Source: Eukaryota sp. TZLM1-RC
Lineage: Eukaryota > Protista > Metamonada: BaSk clade
Length of the DNA stretch: 64,000 nt
Assembly (NCBI GenBank): GCA_040285825.1
Contig: JAUPSS010000004.1
Location: 4,121,784-4,185,783, forward strand
Reading direction: 5' to 3'
Part shown: positions 35,201 to 45,800 of the stretch, one piece after another
Layout of the letters: each line of letters opens with the position of its first letter
How positions within the stretch are numbered: position 1 is the stretch's first letter
The notes under the pieces: model-generated
Database searches by the model: none
Told to the model about the DNA's origin: nothing
Seen by the model: the letters and a program-made list of their open reading frames with translations, nothing else
Position numbers and translations under genes: made by a program

Positions 35201-36928
35201 AAGCAACTTACGAAGTGATTCAACAACATTTCCCTGAACCATCGAGTAATTTCTACTTGTCTTACGGTAAATTCAGTGAATTGGTGTGTGATGTGTTTTC
35301 TTTAAAATCTTCATCTGATGTAAAACAAGGGGACCCTTTGGGCCCATTATTATTTTGTATTGCAATCCAGGAATCTTTGATAGCAATCAATGAAAAATAC
35401 CCTTCTCTAAAAATTTGAGGTTCTATGGATGACATTTCCCGTATTGGGCCTTTTGATGTAGTCCAAAAGGCTTCAAATGAAATTGCTTTACAATATGAAA
35501 ATGTAGGACTTCACTTGAATCCCCGAAAATGTCGATTAATTGGTAATGAATTCAAAGAGTTTGAAATCAATGATTGTTAAATTCCTTTTACCAATTATTC
35601 TCAAGAAGCTTTTCGTTTTTAGGCTGTTGGTTAGGAAAGGTTGATAAAATAACTAAATTCTTAATGAAATTGCTGAAAAACTTGGCAATGAGCTTCAATC
35701 AATTTCTGAATTGGAAATAAAGAAACATATCAATTTTTTTATTTTGTTACTCCGAAAAAATTACTCACTTATTGAAAAAATTTTATTTTTGAATTTCTCA
35801 ATCGTTTTCCTGACGATAGCCATTTGCTTAATCCATCATTTTCCAAATATTTGTATGACCTTGATGTTGCGATTAATAAAATTGCACCAGAAATTTGGTT
35901 TCAATGTTTTCCCGACTCAGTTTAAGAGATTCCTCCACGAAATTTAGTTAAATTAAGGTATTGTGTAAAGAAGCTTCAACAAAAACTGACAGTAATGTTT
36001 GAAGGCTTGGATTATGAAGTACGTCTTGGCATAGCCAAACAAAAAAATCCCGCTTTTGCAAATTTTTTACTGGATGTTTGTGATAGTGCTACGTCTTGTT
36101 TAATTAATCAGGTTCGAAGAATTTATGGTTTGTTTCTAGATGATCCTTGCTTTTTATTATCTATGCGTCTTAGATCTTTTATTTGGCCTGGTAATCTTCC
36201 CCATGATTTATTTTGTAAATGTGGAAAGACTGTCACTCCAACCCATTTATTTAATTGTAATCGTTTTATTACTTTTAGATCAAAAGTGCATGATGCAGTA
36301 AGTGATCAGCTCTATTGTATGTTTAAGTCCTACCAGATTGAATCATTTTTAGACCCTTTGCTTTAAAATTTGGCTGATGAAGCTGACAGAAATTCTTTTG
36401 GTGATAGCCGCGGTCATGTGCTAGTTCCTGGACCTGATGGATCAATGATCATTATTGATGTCAGATCTACTGATGTATCACACAGTTCAAATGAAAAATT
36501 GGCACCATCTTTCAATTCACCTTTACTTAGAGCCGAAGAAGCGAAAATTATCAAGTACGCAGAAATAATCAATAACTTGAATTCCAACTCACATACTCAA
36601 TACCTTCTTTGTCCTTTTGCTTTTTCTTTATTTGAAACCTTGGGTAAAACTGCGTTATCTTTTATAGACGAAATTTCATCTATTGTCAAAAACAGAACTG
36701 GAAGAATATCTGATTGAACTGTTTGGCAAAATAGTATTGTATTTTCTATTTTTGAAGGAATGCACAGCCTAGTCTCTAGCTCGTTGTTATCACTAGGAAG
36801 ATTTTATCAAGAAAATGCTGTAGGTAAATTTTCAATAGTAGAGGAAACTGATTTTTAGATTTTAACAATTTCTTTTGAATAAAATAAGTTAAAAAAATAT
36901 AACAAATTTCGTGAAATTCTCAATAACA

Positions 36929-37675
36929 ATGGTTCTTGCCGAAGAAGGACCGGAACCCTATCTTATTGCATGTAACTGTCCTACTGCTGATTGTACCTTT
37001 TCTGTCACTGTCCCCGATGACCTTTTAGGAAGAAACTACACGTGTCCTTCATGCAGGTCCATTTTTACCCTGCGTAGTCATCAAACCATAACTGACTCCT
37101 TAAAACAAGAAGAACTGATTGCTTCTGGTAATTTCAACCTAAAACGCCTTCCCTTTGCCATTCTTTTAGACAACATTAGATCCCTTTGGAATGTGGGATC
37201 TATTTTTCGATCGGCTGATTGTTTTGGTTGCTCTACTCTCTTGCTCTCTGGTATTACCGGTCGTCCTGACGTTTCAGGGAAGCAGGGAAAGGTTATAAGC
37301 AACACTGCTCTTGGTGCTGAACGGATTCTCCCTTGGTCATATTACCCTACCTCTGTGGAAGCCCTGGATCGTGCTGTTGAACAAGGCTTCGTTCCAGTAG
37401 CCGTTGAACTCACTCCTGATGCCGCTCCTCTCCATGAGTTTCAATGGCCCAGCAAGCCATTGTTGGTCCTGGGAAATGAAGTAAGTGGTGTTGGGAGAGA
37501 GGTACTGAGTAAGTGTGATCACAAAATCTATTTGCCAATGATTGGAATGAAAAAGAGTTTGAATGTTGCTTGTTGCTGTTCAGTGGTTCTTTCCCAATGT
37601 TGTAATAGTTTAATCACCAGTATCTATGGTGATTTAAATAAGGGATTGGAAGATTTTGATCATGTGAATTGTTGA
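36929..37675 (+). CDS. TrmH/SpoU-family RNA 2'-O-methyltransferase with N-terminal Zn ribbon
   Basis: LLDNIRSLWNVGSIFRSAD, LVLGNEVSGV, IYLPMIGMKKSLNVA; N-terminal CP..DC...CPSC. Confidence 0.9.
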   Translation: MVLAEEGPEPYLIACNCPTADCTFSVTVPDDLLGRNYTCPSCRSIFTLRSHQTITDSLKQEELIASGNFNLKRLPFAILLDNIRSLWNVGSIFRSADCFGCSTLLLSGITGRPDVSGKQGKVISNTALGAERILPWSYYPTSVEALDRAVEQGFVPVAVELTPDAAPLHEFQWPSKPLLVLGNEVSGVGREVLSKCDHKIYLPMIGMKKSLNVACCCSVVLSQCCNSLITSIYGDLNKGLEDFDHVNC

Positions 37676-38107
37676 TTGCTCCCTCCATTTTGATCAATTA
37701 TCTACTTTTGCGGCAAGTTTGGTTATTTAATTGTTGATTATGTCTTCTCACACACTTACTATCACTAAAAACACTTTGTATTATTTCAACCAAATACTCA
37801 TTTAACTCAATACAAAAGCCTCAGGTTCTTAGGTACTGTTCCATTGATATGGCTAAATATTGAGCTATTATTGAGCTATTGGTTAACCAATCTCTTACCA
37901 AATTCATTTTAACGTAAAAACCAATTGTATAATTTGTTGTTTATAATAAATCTGAGTAGCTAGGCTAGGCAAGGTAATACAGCATGAGGTGAATCAGAAA
38001 CTTTGACTCAAAAAAGTGATGCCTTGTCAACACCTTGTTTATTCATAGAGAATAATTATTAAGGATACAACCAAAAGAAACAAGTGGCTTGGAACTTCAA
38101 GTCCAAT

Positions 38108-38923
38108 TCAAACCATTGAATCACCAGCTTCTGTCAATTCCTTCTTTGCTCTGGAAGTATCAGAATTCCTTCCCTTTCTAGCATGTTTCTTCAGTTCTAA
38201 GACCTCCCTCACAAGCTGATCTGTGGGGTCATCATCAACACCAAGAAGATTTCGTTGTTGGCCAATGAGATGGGCGATTTGATGGGCATCTAGATTCACT
38301 GATTCAAGATCAACATCTTCACCATCACCATACACCAGTCGTAACAATAGCTCTTCATCTTGTTTGAGTTCAAAGTTTTCAGGCAAATGGAACTGCCCCC
38401 ATGCATTATGAAGAATGTCTCTTGTTGGTGCTGTCAGTCCATCCCTTAGCTGATAATTTGGACGTTTTCCAGGTCTAACAAAGTCGGGAACCGCATCATC
38501 ATCCAGTTGAGAAGTTATTCTCATAGTGTTCTCAACTACAGGGGGTTTCGGGCAAGGGTTGACTCTTTCTCCAGAAGGAGAGGTGATGGTTGGTGGATCA
38601 GCTGTGGACTGTTCTACTGCGGTTGCGTTGGGAGTATCTTGCTCATTATTTGGATGAACAAGTACCATTTGAGATATATCTACGGACTTGAAATAAACTG
38701 CTCTATCCACTGTTTTGAAAGCTTCTACATTAGTGGGAATATCACATATGGACGCATCATAGGTAGTATCATCAAACTTAATCTGTGCGGATCGTGGGTC
38801 TGAGATATTAAATGAAAGATGTTGATCAAGGGTTTCATCATCACATGCGGCATCAATTTGTTGAGCTAGGTGCTCTGGAACACGAAGTACAAAAGCATAT
38901 TCAGGAATTTCTTTGTCAACCAT
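38108..38923 (-). CDS. TAF7: TFIID subunit TAF7 (TAFII55 N-terminal domain)
   Basis: FVLRVP; YDASICDIPTNVEAFKTVD...YFKSVDISQMVLV; DGLTAPT. Confidence 0.88.
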   Translation of the reverse strand: MVDKEIPEYAFVLRVPEHLAQQIDAACDDETLDQHLSFNISDPRSAQIKFDDTTYDASICDIPTNVEAFKTVDRAVYFKSVDISQMVLVHPNNEQDTPNATAVEQSTADPPTITSPSGERVNPCPKPPVVENTMRITSQLDDDAVPDFVRPGKRPNYQLRDGLTAPTRDILHNAWGQFHLPENFELKQDEELLLRLVYGDGEDVDLESVNLDAHQIAHLIGQQRNLLGVDDDPTDQLVREVLELKKHARKGRNSDTSRAKKELTEAGDSMV

Positions 38924-39421
38924 GGAGGTCCTATTGTCTTGTTGTTATTTGAGAAGACAATATTGAATGTAAGATTACACTGATGGAAGAGTAGATACCT
39001 AGTATTACGTGTAAGTTGTGAAGATTGTGAAAACAATTGTGCAGAAAAATCATTGGAACGATCAGATTGTTTCCTTTGTTTTGTCCTTTTGGCAGCAAGT
39101 GATTCACTTTATTGTCCAAAATGAGTCTCTACTTTAGTCATTTCTGCATTCTGGCATTAGTAGTACTAGTAGCTCTTTCATTTAACTATTTAATTCTTAT
39201 ACCTAGTTGACTCGAGTAAAATAGCAGTAGTATTTCCAACAAAACTAGAAATTCACAATTGGTTTATCATCAAATATTGTAATAGTTTCTATTGAATCAT
39301 CGAAAAAAAAAGATCTGTCAACTTTTCCATGTCAAAAATTCTAAAAACTTAAAAATACAAAGGAGTTAAAGGAATGTATAAGGAAAAAAGTAAAACTAAA
39401 TGTATTAACAAAATACCATAC

Positions 39422-40453
39422 TCACTCTTTAACCAAATCACTCAATGACGGAACAATGAATTCAGCAGAACTTTCCATTTTTAAATAAAAGAAACTATCT
39501 TGAAAACTAGGAAAACCCTCATTAATATCAGATTCTTTAAGATTCTCCACGATTCCAGTCGTATTGACCTTCATAGACACTCCACCAGTCAAGTAATCCC
39601 CTTTTGGAACTATCACATCACCAACTGGATGATCACCAAAGTAAAGCATAATAAAGTTTTCAAGTCCAATTGCAGTGACAAGTTTTGTAATATTATCTGG
39701 AATCTTCCAATATTTTGGTTTCCCAGCAGAATATACACAACAATCAAAATCTAAATCAGTTAATTCTAAACAACTAGATAATAAAAACTTTGCATACTCA
39801 GGTGTAGAATTGGTAATCAAAACAACTTTGCCAAAGTTTTGAAGACTCTTAATCCAAGCTCCAATTTCTGGGGTATAATTTACATATTGATTAGGATTCT
39901 TCATGAATGCAGGATAATAAAAACCATTGTGGAAACTAGCAAAGTTGAAGTGCATAGCTCGAAGTAGGGCAGCTAGCAGGTAAGAGTAACAAAATCCTGA
40001 AAATCGTTTTGAAAATGGACAATCTTCAGAAGGTGGGCTCCCAAGGTCCAAGTCAGAATCATCATGAAGTGAGACCAAAACAGAAAAAACTGAAGCAAGA
40101 GGACGTTCAAATAAAGTAGGGACTGGAAAGAATCGTGGATTGCTAAATAAGATTTCATCAGAGGTGAGATTCAAAGTTGGGGGAGTTACAAAATCTTTAC
40201 CATGATATGCTGTGAGGACAGATTTGTCCCCTCCAATGAAGAGAACATTGCCTGAATGAGAATCTAAGAGCACTCCCCGACAAAACACATTGTTGAAGGA
40301 TGTGTGTAGAACACTTGTGGGGAAATCTTCAAATTCAACCAAATATCTAACAAGACAACTATGAATCAGGGAGCACAGGTTAGAATGTTTATAAGTGACT
40401 AAGGTATGGTCCAAATCAAACCCAAACACATCAAAGGAAGACAATGTTTGCAT
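39422..40453 (-). CDS. HAD-superfamily 5'-nucleotidase domain protein (NT5DC-like)
   Basis: FDVFGFDLDHTLVTY, LITNS, AGKPKYW, LYFGDHPVGDV. Confidence 0.88.
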   Translation of the reverse strand: MQTLSSFDVFGFDLDHTLVTYKHSNLCSLIHSCLVRYLVEFEDFPTSVLHTSFNNVFCRGVLLDSHSGNVLFIGGDKSVLTAYHGKDFVTPPTLNLTSDEILFSNPRFFPVPTLFERPLASVFSVLVSLHDDSDLDLGSPPSEDCPFSKRFSGFCYSYLLAALLRAMHFNFASFHNGFYYPAFMKNPNQYVNYTPEIGAWIKSLQNFGKVVLITNSTPEYAKFLLSSCLELTDLDFDCCVYSAGKPKYWKIPDNITKLVTAIGLENFIMLYFGDHPVGDVIVPKGDYLTGGVSMKVNTTGIVENLKESDINEGFPSFQDSFFYLKMESSAEFIVPSLSDLVKE

Positions 40454-40469
40454 TTGAGAAGATTGATTA

Positions 40470-40519
40470 GTATTTATTGAATTTGCGCACTTGATTAAAT
40501 TAAATCATAACTAATGGGA
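40470..40519 (-). mobile_element. About 50-bp 3' tip of the family A non-LTR element
   Basis: Near-identical to 40738-40786 (CCCATTAGTTATGATTTAATTTAATCAAGTG...AATAAAT). Confidence 0.75.
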
Positions 40520-40535
40520 GAAGATTGATCTGAAA

Positions 40536-42792
40536 CAATGTCAGAATCACTGAACTAGTTCGGCCGAACGTTCGGCACCTACTGATACGTTCGGTTAGTT
40601 CGGCATCTCGTTTTGATTCATTAATATCAATACGCTGTTTATCTCCTCCTTCGTTTTGCTATTACACTCACTATCAACCAACAAACTAAACTTTTATTCA
40701 GAAAGTTCTACAACATCTAAATCGAAAAAATGTTTATATTTATTGAATTTGCACACTTGATTAAATTAAATCATAACTAATGGGACGACTATCATTAAAC
40801 CAAGATTTCCTCTACAAAATCTTGATTTGCTTGCTGTCTAGCTAAAGCTTCTCTAATTCGATTGAAAAACCGCTGTAATCTATTAATAATGGCAAATTGA
40901 ATCCGTGAACGCCATAAAAAAATATCAAATCTTTTCAAATCTCTTTCTTTGTTGTTGAATAAAAATATAAAATGAAAATCTTTTCATTGTTTTTTCTTTC
41001 ACCATTTTTTGGAAGTCATCCAAAAAAGTTTCTGCTTCAACTGATAATCTTCCATTTATCGAAAATGGGAAAGCAATAAAAACCAGCTGTGTATTTCTAT
41101 CGACATTTGCATCTTCAATTTCTTTATCATATTTTCTATGTTTTTCTTTTGCTTTAAAATCCAGAGCAGCCACAGGATTAAGTTTTCTTCTGTGAACCAA
41201 AGTATCGTTTGCAACATTACATGAGACAAAGTCAACAATAGCTTCAGAATTATCAATCCAATCACAGTATACATCACCTCTATCATCAGGACTAAAATTA
41301 TTCAGAGAAAGTGTTTCCTTCAGCAGGGGCTCTTTGATACACGATATCCTTGCAGTTTGTGTCATATTGAAAACAGTGTCTCTAACAGCATCATGTAATG
41401 AAGAACGATAAGTTATCAATTTAGAGCAATTTAGAGCATGGCGCAAAGTGAGTTGAGGTGAATTCGAACAAATACATTTTTCTTTTGATAATAATTGGTT
41501 AATGGGGATGTTCAAATATAATCTCATTTTTGTTACAAATGCTTCATTAGTGGCACACAATCCAAATCTTCGTGGTACAATGGTTACAAAAAGTGAAGAA
41601 TCTGACGCCTTGTTTTCACAAACACCCTTTTCCAATAACAATGAGTGAAGATCTTGATTTAAAACAGCCGAGCTGCAAATATTATTATAAAGATCTTTTT
41701 CATACATTCCAGTCAATCTTTTCTGTAATGTTCGAAGAGTGTACTTCAAATTTAAAACATTTTTTTCTGGAATATTGCCATTGAATGATTGGGGAAAACA
41801 TCGACCCCATTTTTCTACATCAATTCTTGAAATTTCTTCATTTAATGCAAAAACAGTGGAACTTTGCGTTGTCATCAATAAAACTTCCCAATCTGCAAAT
41901 CTTTCGGAAAACTCAAAGATTGCATTTCTGCATCCACCAACAAAAGCACACGAGGTAAGAATAGAAGCCTTCGTCCACCCTAAACCACCATAATGTGGAC
42001 TAAGGTAAGCATGATCTGGAATTTGAAACATTTTACATCCCAGTAATTGAGACAGAACTTTTGCACGTAACTCATCTAACATCTAAATCCAAAGTATGAG
42101 AGGCACAAGGAGAAAATAGAATATGAGGATAATCGGCGATAAGGAATGAGCAAGCGGAAAGGCAATTGGTGGCACTGTCTGACACAATATGAGTAATTAA
42201 ATTTGGGCCAACACAATCAACAACTTCTTTCAATTTTAAATAAAGTGTATAACCAGGCTTTTTTTCATCAGATATGTTTATTGATTTAACAAAGAAAGAG
42301 AAAGTGTTGCTTACCAAAAGAATATTTAATAAAGATGAACCATTTACATCCTTCCAACCATCAAAAACAAGTGTACGGGAACAGGAAGAGCATCATATCC
42401 TTCATGAACACGGACAGTGTTTATATCCTTGACAGAAATGGTGGATAATTGAGTACATAAGGCATATCCAGCTCTATACTCCTTGATGAAATGGGAGGAA
42501 AAGCGACGGGCTGAACCTTTTAGCATTTTACTGCAGCAGCGGCACTGTGAAGTAATATTTTTGGACACTTTATCGTAATTAACGTTGTCTAGAAGCTTGT
42601 AAACAGTGTGCTTTGGCATCGAAGAAAGTTGATGTAAGGAAGGTGATTTATGTATGAATACAGATTTTTAAACAATGAAATCTATTGTAGTAGTTGAAAT
42701 AGGGATTTGGGAAAACATTTTTAAACAAAACTGTGTTGACACGTGTAAATGAACAAAAACTAGTTCAGCGTACGTTCGGAATTCTAACATTG
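40536..42792 (-). mobile_element. Defective hAT DNA transposon with a nested non-LTR insertion
   Basis: TIR CAATGT(C/T)AGAAT, 8-bp TSD ATCTGAAA (40528-40535, 42793-42800), subterminal GTTCGG repeats; remnants of a BED-like finger (42344-42619) and IVSDSATNC...SPCASHTLDL (42072-42317). Confidence 0.88.
40735..42075 (-). mobile_element. 5'-truncated CRE-like non-LTR element (family A) inside the hAT element
   Basis: YGGLG, CICS...HALNC, RSSLHDAVRD, DRGDVY..VDFV (restriction-like endonuclease), family A 3' UTR. Confidence 0.9.
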
Positions 42793-42856
42793 ATCTGAAA
42801 TAATGGGAAATTCCCATAAATACACGATCTAATTTCGTGCGGAATAATTACAAAAA

Positions 42857-45800
42857 CTATCTACTTGTCAGATACTGAGGCCTTTCATAACCACTCATTC
42901 TGGCTTCAGCAATCGCAAACATATTCAGACAAGCCAGCTTATTTCTATTGAAAAGCTTTGTTGAGCCTTTGTTACTGAGTTTGCAACTTTGACTGTTACA
43001 AGCTAATAAACCATGACATGTAGTAACAGGAGTCTTTTTCCTTCTATAGAATCTGGGATTTGCTACTCTCAAAAACGTAGTAACCTTTTCAAAAAAAACA
43101 GGACATTTTGCTGAAGTGAACGCTTCATTAATCATCAATACTTCAAATCCATTTCTTTTCAGAAATTGAGTCCATCCAATTCCTCTAGTATGTCTCTGAT
43201 GTTTCAAATTCTTGGAACCTTTTTTACCATAATCACCCATTAGAATTAAAGTGTCTTTTGGATTGCAAAATTGCTGAACAAGGCTTTTTAACAACCAACT
43301 TTCAGTCTTTTGCTTGTAATTAAAAGCTTGCATTTTATGAAGCTCCACAAGTCAAGACTATAAAAGTCAATTGTCGAAAAAACTTGCCGAAGTTTGGCAA
43401 CCACAAAGTTGGAAAAATTTATAAAAGTTGCTGAATTGGCAGCAAACGCGGATAATTTGGGGTTTGCATCTTCGATTGTCATTTCATTAGACTCTATCAT
43501 CTGGTTCCTGTCGTAATCTACCTCAGTATACTTTGTCGCCCATCGTTTTTGCTTTTCATTCATCTTACTTTTCAAAGACCAGGACATCTGAGCCATTCTT
43601 AACCATTTGTACTTCTTGTCTTGATTCATCACCCGACTATTTCTTTGCTGTTGGGTTTCATTCTGAGGAACCATGGCTAGTTCTTCATCAGTTTTTTTTA
43701 CTGCCAAAATACAATAAATCACGTTTTCCAGGATAACAAACAACAATTCGTTTGTCTTGAAAAGTATCAACATCAACATCATCAATATATAAATCCGAAA
43801 TACTGGCCTCGTTGTCTGGCTTACATTTCTGACCATGTAAATCCCTACGAACAAATTCTACTGCAATATTAAATCCATCTGTGTGAATAATGTTGTTGAA
43901 TTTATAGCTCTTCTGTTTGAACATTGGTTGGTTTAAGTCGAGAATATTAGACCAAAGGTCAAATTGCTGACGTGGTTTGAATTTCGTAATTTGGGCTAGT
44001 GTATTGGACATTTTCAGCGTCTGTGTAGATGGTAAATCGTCCATCAATGTTTGTTTAACAATTCTCCATAGTGTTTTTGTATCAATGGGAAAATATCCAG
44101 GGCCTACAGTGGTTGAAACAGGAGAAATATGATAAGGTTTTTTCTCTCTACTTGTTGGCGCCCTAAGGCTTATATAATATGATTAGAAAATAAATCAACT
44201 TTTCCTCATTGACTTTTCTTTACTACAATAGACTTTAGGCAACAATAATTATTGGCCATTTAAGAGTCAAAAGGTATACCATAACTTCAGCATTGGTGAA
44301 CATCCCCAGACACTTTACAGCATGTCAGACATCTTTCAGCAAGATATCTTTGACCCTAATCCCCGAACTAACATGCAGCAGGAACCAGCGACACATATAC
44401 ATAATAAAGAGGGTAACGAGGCAACGGATCCGGATCCCACCTCCCCCTCCCTATAAGTGAAAGATGAAAGAGTGGACGAGGTCCCTCTATCTTCAGCAAT
44501 GGAAGAGGTAACGAGAACAGACCCGGTTCCCTCTCCCCTCAAAAGAAAAGAAGAAACAGATGAGGTAACGAGAACGGACCCGGCTCCCTCTCCCCTCAAA
44601 GCAATGGAAGAGGTAACGAGAACGGACACGGATCCTCTCCCCTCCCAATTTCAGAATCTGTCTCAAAGGGAACGGATGGAAATCCCACCTTAGACACGTC
44701 TTCTGCATTAGGAGAATATGAAGAAATTCACATAATCTCAATTTGATGAGATGGAAGGAGAAGATGACTCCAGTGATGGATCCTCCTAACAAGGACACAG
44801 AGCCTTACCTCGAATCAATGAACTTTTATTCATTCGAGCAGCTCCCTTTCTTATGGAGCCAAACACGAGAAAAGTCGACCAAATACGAGGTTACGAGTAG
44901 AAACTCCACCTCCACTGTTATTGTGCTAAAATGCAAAGATACGGTCTTTGCTCCTCTGATATTTTTAGTCGTAAAGCCAGTACTTTAACAACAAAAGACG
45001 CCGCCTTCGGGTTTCTGAGGTTTGTTACTTTGCTTACTGTTGTTTTTGATCCAACATTGACCCTGCATGATCATTAACGAATCCATTCTTCGATTCCATG
45101 ATACCTTTTCTAAACGACACTACCACATTTCTCGTTTACGAAAAAGGGAAGAAGCAGAGCGCTTTATGTAACGATTAACACATACACAACAAAGTATTCA
45201 AACACACAGATCTCTGAACGAGGCCCTTTTCAGTTATTGCTTACTACACTATACTAACATTGATGTAAAAGAGTCATAGTACATCAATTGTTGATCTTAA
45301 AAATGTAAAACCAGTATTTGTGCGAATCACAATCACTGCAACGATAATTGTAGACAATAGAAAACAGTAGAATTCAGTATTTAGTTCTTAGTAGTTATAG
45401 TTATTTAGTTATTTGTTCATAGTTTTAGTTTCATATTCATATAAGCTGATTTATTTTGAAAAAGGGAAGAAGCAGTGTTGGCGCCCTAAGGCTTATATAA
45501 TATGATTAGAAAATAAATCAACTTTTCCTCATTGACTTTTCTTTACTACAATAGACTTTAGGCAACAATAATTATTGGCCATTTAAGAGTCAAAAGGTAT
45601 ACCATAACTTCAGCATTGGTGAACATCCCCAGACACTTTACAGCATGTCAGACATCTTTCAGCAAGATATCTTTGACCCTAATCCCCGAACTAACATGCA
45701 GCAGGAACCAGCGACACATATACATAATAAAGAGGGTAACGAGGCAACGGATCCGGATCCCACCTCCCCCTCCCTATAAGTGAAAGATGAAAGAGTGGAC

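Larger units (their letters stand above)
27330..36895 (+). mobile_element. Degenerate CRE-like non-LTR element (family B) split by LTR element B at 27866-35200
   Basis: RPIAVGE, QFGIQTIDG, LDFSNAFNSVKRK | ATYEVIQQHFPE, VKQGDPLGPLLF, xMDD, CKCG...HLFNC, RLE-type C-terminus, A-rich tail. Confidence 0.88.

Noticed and set aside
44156-44163. TGGCGCCC resembling a tRNA-Lys primer-binding site
   Set aside because: It lies at LTR positions 4-11 (boundary fixed by the TSD and PPT), not after the LTR, and the match ends after 8 nt
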